Source of the DNA: Amoebophrya sp. A120
Taxonomy: Eukaryota > Protista > Dinoflagellata
DNA: 64,000 bases
Direction of reading: 5' to 3'
Assembly: GCA_905178155.1 (NCBI GenBank)
Contig: CAJINV010000004.1
Location: 10,647,655 to 10,711,654 of the forward strand
The notes under the pieces are model-generated. The model did no database searches. It saw only the letters and a program-made list of their open reading frames with translations, and was not told the origin of the DNA. Both the position numbers and the translations under genes were made by a program. Shown piece by piece: positions 57,103 to 64,000 of the stretch. Each line of letters opens with the position of its first letter. The stretch's first letter is position 1.

Positions 57103-58778
57103 ACGAGAAATTCAAATTCTTGATCATTTTGAAGGCAAGAACTGGGCTGCGTTTTACTTCGCTGTCCATGGTGGATTGGAGATTTTTTTGTGGTCTGAAA
57201 AAATGCGCCTCACAAGTAAGTTTCCATCGTTCCAGAAGACCAGACATGTTTGCAATTGGTAGAGATGGATGGAAGACGATATCTTGCCACAACAATGACG
57301 AGCATGGAAAAATTATTCTCCAAGAAAAAAACTGCGTTTAGTCGAGTGACTCGGTTTTTTATGTGAACGCCATCACGATAAATCTGCATCTGCTTTACAC
57401 TACATTTATATAATATACAGACAAAGGTTACTACTGTCCTGCGCCGCGAGTAAGGAAGAGCTAAGTTAGTATGACGCATGACATAAACCAAAACCAAGTC
57501 TGATGGATATCGTGGCGGCGCATCAATACCAGTGTTATACTTCTTGTGCATTTTGCATCACAGACACTAATGCACTTCCGCAGTTTTTTCTTTCATAATT
57601 GTTCAAAACTCGGGTACGGGTATGACCTCGTGGACCGTACACGGTTCGCAATCTGCAACATCAAGTGCAAATGTGTCTGGCGTGTCTTCGGAAAGTAAAC
57701 TTGGGCTCGTTCTTTGTCATGCAGCTCGAAAGATGAACTCAGAGTCAGAACCAGAGCCAGATTTCGTCCTTCATGATTAGTAGATAAAAGTAGTAAAAGG
57801 CGTCGGTCGAGGTTCTTCTGCGATGATTGTAATGCGCGCCTTATCCCCGCCTTGGCATTACGAATAAGCCGCGTTCATCGCCGCGCAGGCTCGTACAGGA
57901 ATATGTACTGTCGTTTTGGTGATCAAAAAAAGCAGTAACGACCCAGACACACTAGCAGTTGATATGCAACTTCGTACTCACGCGGATACGCTACGAGATC
58001 AAGATGATCAAACAAATTCAAATCTTTCTCTTTGCTCAAGTTCACGAACCACTCGAGTCAAATTCTGGCGAATCATGAAAATAACGCACCTATGGATCAG
58101 CAGACGACCAGGCATGAGCAGGTAACAAATCATGTATGTGATGAAAAAATTGCGGAGGTTGAGAACAGGATCTCTCTGCTTTTTCTGAAGATCCACCCGA
58201 AAATGCAAATGCTTTGTTTTGTAAGTACCGCCGGAAGACTCGAATAAAGCAACATGCAGGACCAGAATTCCTCGCACTGTATAAAAAGGTGCGACTATGA
58301 AGATCTTGGCTCTTCAAAAATGTGAATAGAACTCGTTGCAAAATCAGATGGGCGTGAAAATGTAAATGAAAATGGGTCTGATCCGAAGTGCAACGAATTT
58401 TTTGGCAGAGATGCAATATTAAATCTTGTACTTGTCATCTGTTTCGCGGAAACATTGCAATGAAAAATACTCTGACCAGGCAAGAGCACGACAAGTTGTA
58501 CAACCAAGAAAGTTCTTCTTCGAGTAGAAATAATCGGAATGCAACAATCTCAATCGAAAACCTCTTCTTACACTAGACTAGAAGAGAACGCGATTTATTG
58601 ATGCATACAAATAAGAACTCGTACTCGACAACCTGAACGTCAGTACTTTTATTCAGATGAGCGTCGTGATGTGCATGTCAACATAAGACTTTCATTTATT
58701 TTCCTGATCTCCTGCAGCGCGAAGGCGAAACCTATTTCACGACTCCTCCAGTGTGTCCTCGAAGCTGCCGAAGCGGTT

Positions 58779-61700
58779 ATGGCGAAAACCAAGGGGATGA
58801 TGAAGAAGAAGGCCACGGCCAAGGGAGCCAGAGGTGGCTCGGCGCGGCGCCATACGAAGGGGAGTAAAGCTTCCTGTGCAGCGGTGACCCAGAAGCGGAC
58901 GACTGCACAGCTGTCTGATGATGAGGATAGCATCGATGAGGAGGACGGCGTATTCGACGCACAAGACGAGAGGCAGTACGGGGAAACGATCGACACCATC
59001 TTCGAGCGCCAAGGACCGCAGAAGAAGAGAAAAACGAAAACCAGGGGGCAACGCAAGGCGAGCACGGGGCGGGACGATGACAGCGACAGCGACAGCGACC
59101 GCGCATTCGACGACGACGATGTATTCGCCAGCGCGGCAGCCGGCGGCGGGGATCTCATGTCGCTCATGAACGCAATGCAGGCAAAGGCAAAGGGAGCTGC
59201 GACGACCAGCACGTCAGCTGAGGCGAAAAACAAGAAGGGGCGAGTGGCAAAAAAATCTTCGTTGCCCCAGTTTGCTCCTGATGCGGGGGCAAGCGACGAG
59301 GAGGGCAGTTTTTCTGACGATGACGGTAGTGCGGAACACGAAACTGCGGCTCAACTCGAGCACGACGAACTACTGCAGGACGTGGCGGCGCAACTCGGGA
59401 CGTCGCCCGACGAGAATGACGGACACGGCAAGGCTACTGGTGGACCGCGTCGCAACCGGCTCGCGCACGTGTCGGAGTCGATGGCGCACCTGCTCGGGGG
59501 GGAGGACGTAGACGAGGCGGATGCGGTGAACCTACAGGAGCTTCTGCAGCCACTGGCCCAGAAGCAGGCGCTGGGCAACGTGCAGCGGCAGCTGTTGAAG
59601 CTGGAGGAGAGTGCGCAGAAGCTGGAACACGAGGAGGTACTGGGCGACGTCAAGCAGGCACGCAAAGATCGGGCGGTAAACTACGAAGCGTCCAAGCGGG
59701 ACGCCCGCAAGTGGGACCAGCAAGTGCGGGCGAACCGAAACTCGAGTCAGCTGCTCTTTGGCGATTACGAGGACCTGCTGGAGAACCGGTCGACGAAAAG
59801 CCTCGCTGCGAGCTTCCAGTTTAAAACAGGTATAGGTGGAATCATAATATCTGCATTACTCTGCTGGGCGTCCAAGTCCATGCAACTTGTAGACGTGCAT
59901 CGTAAATTGGTACTGGCCCCCTCCATGCATCAAATACTGGGGTGTGAATCTGTACGGCAGCTGCAAACAAGTCAGACATTAGAACAGCGTTGTTGTCGTG
60001 TAGTATATCTGAATCTTCAATCTGGCCAGCGAGTGCTTGTAAACACTTGTTTGCGATTGCGCAAGGAAATTCGGCAGGATTGGGATAAAAATATTTGAAT
60101 AAGTGATTGCATTGTACTACGCTCGTGGGTCAGACAACATATGGCCCTGGTTCCACCGTGTCAACAACATCTATATGTTGCTAAAAAGGTCGTTCTCACC
60201 TTAGATCACGAAACGAAATGAACGCTACAACAGCCGCGAATTCGATAGCCAAGCAGGGGAGCGAGCAGACGGACTCGTTTGAGGCCGACCTCGCGCTCGC
60301 ACTTGCAGAGACGAAAGAGCTGGAAATGGCAGCACGGGGTATCGTCAGCAAAAATTCCCCTACGTACCGCCCACACTCAAAAGGATAAGGATATATCATT
60401 TCCCTGCTGGGTATGCGTATAATTACTTACAGTTTCAGTTGTCATCAACCTGTGTTGCAGCGGGGGACTTGTAACGCGTTGTGATGAGAGAAGATAATTT
60501 TTGTCATGCTAATAGTCTGGCTCTGGGTGGACAGTGTGTGAGGCTTTGCCTTGTCGTACTGAACAGGCAAGAAAGCAAGTTTGGCTGCTATCCACGACGG
60601 CAGTTCAGATTTCGTTCCGTCTGACACGAAAGGTGTATTTATTTAAGTAATACATAGGAAATACAAGAAATAAACGTGCTATGCCACGAGTTTCGAGTTC
60701 GTAAAGCTTTGTGCATGGGGTCGACGTGGTGGGAGCTTTTTTGCTTTTGATACGACACGAGCAACGACTGGATGGCACCGGCACGGGCGGTCTTCTGGCC
60801 GATGGCGACGGCCAGACGACGGGAGCGAACCCGGCCATCCGCGAAGCCAAGCGGACGCAGCAGATGGCGCACCTGCGGGCGTTGCAGCTGCGCGAGCTCA
60901 CGCGGGCGAAGAGATTGAAAAAAATCAAGTCAAAGTCCTTCCACCGGGTTAAGAAACGCATGGACAACAAGGAACGCGAAAAAGTACTTTTGGATCGCAT
61001 ATTCTTGTTCTGCTTACTGCTACAAAACTGCGTATATAGAATGTTGACCACACCGGACGACTGGACACTCTCGTGTGAGTGTGCAACACTTTTTACGGAT
61101 TTAATGCAAACTGCCTGTCTTGCATGACAAATTGCAAAATTTCTGATTTTAGGGAATATTTTTATGTTGAGGTGAATTATGTCAAGAGCTGAGTATTAGT
61201 TTTACTTTTACGTAGTGCCTACGATGTATGAAATAGGTGCTGTCCCGACTGGAGCAGGAGGATCCAGAGCTGGCGGCGCAAATCAAGCGTGAGATGTATC
61301 GAATCGAAAAGTGCCCCGCACCCGGAGGACATTTTGCAAAATTGTATTTGAATTGTGAAGGTCACACCTCGAAAAATGAAAGGAGGCATGCGACTTCTTT
61401 TTACTCTGGATCTGGAATGTATTAATGCGGTCAGCACTTGACAGGTCCAGGTGACTAGTACAGGTGTCGCCTATGGTACTGGGCACCCCTCCACAAAGAA
61501 AGATTTTCCTTTTTGCCGATCTGCACGGAAAATTCTTGATTGGTCATGGATATGCATTTTACCACTTACATCATCCGAAAATAAAACAACGCGTCAAATA
61601 TAAACTTTATTGTCCCGCATAGAACGATTGTGAAGCGCCATGCTTCAGAGGTGCGTAACCTACTTCGTTCGGGCTATGAATGAAAATCTATTCTTGAACG

Positions 61701-64000
61701 GTGACAACATCGGTACAGCCATTTTAGCATCAGAAACATCAGCTTTTCCTGGGGGCAGGGCACTGTATTTCAGGTTGATAAAAGGGAGCAGAAGCTGGCA
61801 GAGGTGCGGTCGCGGCGGGGAGCAGACGCGCGCAAGAAGTGGGCCCGGGCGGCGCAACGCTTCGGGGGCAAGGAGATGCGGTCAGTGATCTCCACGCAGG
61901 CCCAGAAAGCCGAAGATGACAAGCGAGCATTGCAGCGCGCTCTGAAGGCGAAGGAGCAGAACAACGACTCAGACGACGAGGACCTAGATTTGTCGGACGA
62001 AGATTTGGATCCCCTGGAGAAAGCAGAGCAGCTGGCCAAGCGAGAGCTGGAGGAGAGTTTCAAGCTGCACGAGACCCCGGGCGACGACACCATGAAGAAG
62101 GGCCTGTTCGGCCTGAAGTTTATGCAGGACGCCATGGCTATGGAAGTGTCAGAATCGAAATCAACAAAATCGAAATAATTTGTGATGCACAAAATCGATA
62201 CCACTTGGAGCCTCAATTTCCAAGTGGCGCATGACAAATTTCGGGAGCGCCAAAATCCAGGCTGTCATGCTGTTTTGGCAAAGAAGACTGCTCCTGGCGT
62301 GCTGCTCCGGCAGCACATCGCCTTCCCCTAATCAGGCTTGCAATCGGTCTCATTTGCCTACTCCCCAACACAGGCCTTCCTTGCCGTACATTTTACGCAT
62401 TACAAATTTTTCGATTTTGTCGATTTCGATCCTGACACATCCATAATGGCCAAAAAGCGCGAGGAGTCGCAGAAGCAGGCCGCCGCGCTGCTGGGGGAGC
62501 TCGGGAGGTGGCGGGAGGAAGCCGCGCCGACGAAAAAGGACCAGGACGAGGAGGTGGATCAGCGCAGTGACCACGACGACACGAGCTCCTGTGACGAGGA
62601 AGGCGAAGACGAGGCGTTTTCGCACAAGGAACTCGCTGAGGCGGAAAAGGCGCTCGGCGCGCCGGGGAGCGGCGAAGAAGGTGCCGTGATACTGTCGTCG
62701 ACATCTCCACCGTGTACTACAGGAGCGACGAGGACCTCTTCTGGCTCTAGTACAGGGAGGACCACGTCTTCGTGCAACACCTTGTTCATCGCGCCGGGGG
62801 CCAGCACGACGGGGGCGAACAGGAGAAGCGGTGAAGCCACGGGAGTAGTCACGGTGAAGCGAGAAAAAGCAGGTAGCGTTGTACCTCCAGCACACGACCA
62901 AAAAGGACGAACGGCACAAGAACTGCAGCAGACACACCCGGAAGGTGGTGAAAACTCGTCTGGCCAGCCGCCTGCAAGAGGGACCAGCGAGCGATCTGCA
63001 CCAGCGAAGTTCACGAGCGAGCCTCACGAGGATCGTGGAAGCGAGGGTGATAATAGCAGCGACAGCGAGGATTCCGAGGGCGATTTGCAGCAGGTGAAAA
63101 ATTATCCGGGGCAAATATGAAAGTTTTGGGTCCAGGATATAAGTCCTGCTTACTTTATTTTTATACTCTTGTTGATATTGTCTGAGTCTGTGTCACGCCT
63201 AAACTCTAATTCTAAGCGATGGCGCAATGAATTTTTAGATGAGCAGCACTAGGCTAGGCTACATTTTTGGCATGATTGTTACCCAGCGGTGGCTATTAAG
63301 CATGACAAATTGTCGCACGACGCCGTCGTGTCGTGCATATTGCATGAGCAACAGCAATTGTATTTCCAAACCACAATCAAGCACCGGCTTTGCTGCAAAA
63401 ATCACAGGCATCACAGAATGCACAGTCATTTTGCAAGAACAACAGCGGCATCATTCAACTGTGTCAGACCGCCCAGAGAAATCATGATTTGCCATGCATA
63501 AGAACCCCTTTGCTCAAGTGGACCGCGCGGACGCCGACAACGCACAGCTGATTCGCTCCGCGTTTGCCACGTTTGTATCAAAATGAAAAAACGGCATCCC
63601 CCCATACTCAAACAAATTTCCCGTTTCTTTGTATCAGCACGTTTTGTGAAGATGAGGATGACATAGCAGTTTGGCATATGTGAAGGGTACTACTGCAGAC
63701 GTGGCCTCTACCCATTTTGTCTGGCATGGAAAAGCAAAAGCGTTGCGTGTTCCGCATGACAGAAAACCATTGAAGTGCCTGAGTAGCGCCGCAATTAGTT
63801 GCCTGCAACCCAGGTCGCAATTTTATGTCTGTTTGCCTCCTAGCAAGAATGCAACAAGTCGACTTGTTTTACTGCTGTTTTTAACAAATTCATCACCAGA
63901 AATCTCCTTTCCTAGAAAAACAAATCCGTGCCGTTTGAATATGGGGATGGGGGATGATGTTTCCCCGCAATAATTTGGGGAAGACAACCAGACGGACTTT
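58779..64000 (+). CDS. UTP14: U3 snoRNA-associated protein 14, multi-exon, 3'-partial
   Basis: ARKWDQQVRANRNSSQLLF; MAHLRALQLRELTRAKRLKKIKSKSFHRVKKR; KKWAR; GLFGLKFMQDAM. Confidence 0.9.
60340..60752. mobile_element. Degenerate introner in UTP14
   Basis: TATCGTCAGCAAAAATTCCC...GGGAGCTTTTTGCTTTTGATA; TSD decayed. Confidence 0.6.
61297..61780. mobile_element. Introner in UTP14 with usable GT-AG boundaries
   Basis: TATCGAATCGAAAAGTGCCC...GGGCACTGTATTTCAGGTTGATA; GT at 61296 and AG at 61783-61784 give EM|EQK. Confidence 0.75.
62139..62445. mobile_element. Introner, family E
   Basis: ~50-bp TIR TATGGAAGTGTCAGAATCGAAATC...GATTTCGATCCTGACACATCCATA; TSD ATGGC; the join gives DAMA|KKRE. Confidence 0.95.

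Overview
Eukaryotic genomic DNA, very probably from the parasitic dinoflagellate Amoebophrya (Syndiniales). This is inferred from co-oriented genes riddled with TIR-bearing non-canonical introns ('introners'), a layout reported for that genus. Every credible gene is on the + strand: a TIPIN/Csm3-like gene (5'-partial), two tandem SVOP/SV2-like MFS transporters, a SETD7-like SET methyltransferase, a 2,056-aa Cid1/TUTase-family nucleotidyltransferase with a signal peptide and a PAM2 motif, a C2H2 zinc-finger protein, RPB10, a DHHC palmitoyltransferase, UTP14 (3'-partial) and several hypothetical ORFs. About 25 TA(T)...(A)TA elements with ~5-bp target duplications interrupt them, and reading frames are restored when the element plus one repeat copy is removed. 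Members of the same subfamily occur in both orientations. A less familiar second class of insertion is flanked by very long (~50-65 bp) duplications. The clearest case is an array of four TIR cassettes separated by hairpin linkers of exactly 65 bp. Two Helentron/Helitron2-like repeats, nested MITEs and a foldback-like repeat block are also present. All calls were made by eye, without searches or RNA data.
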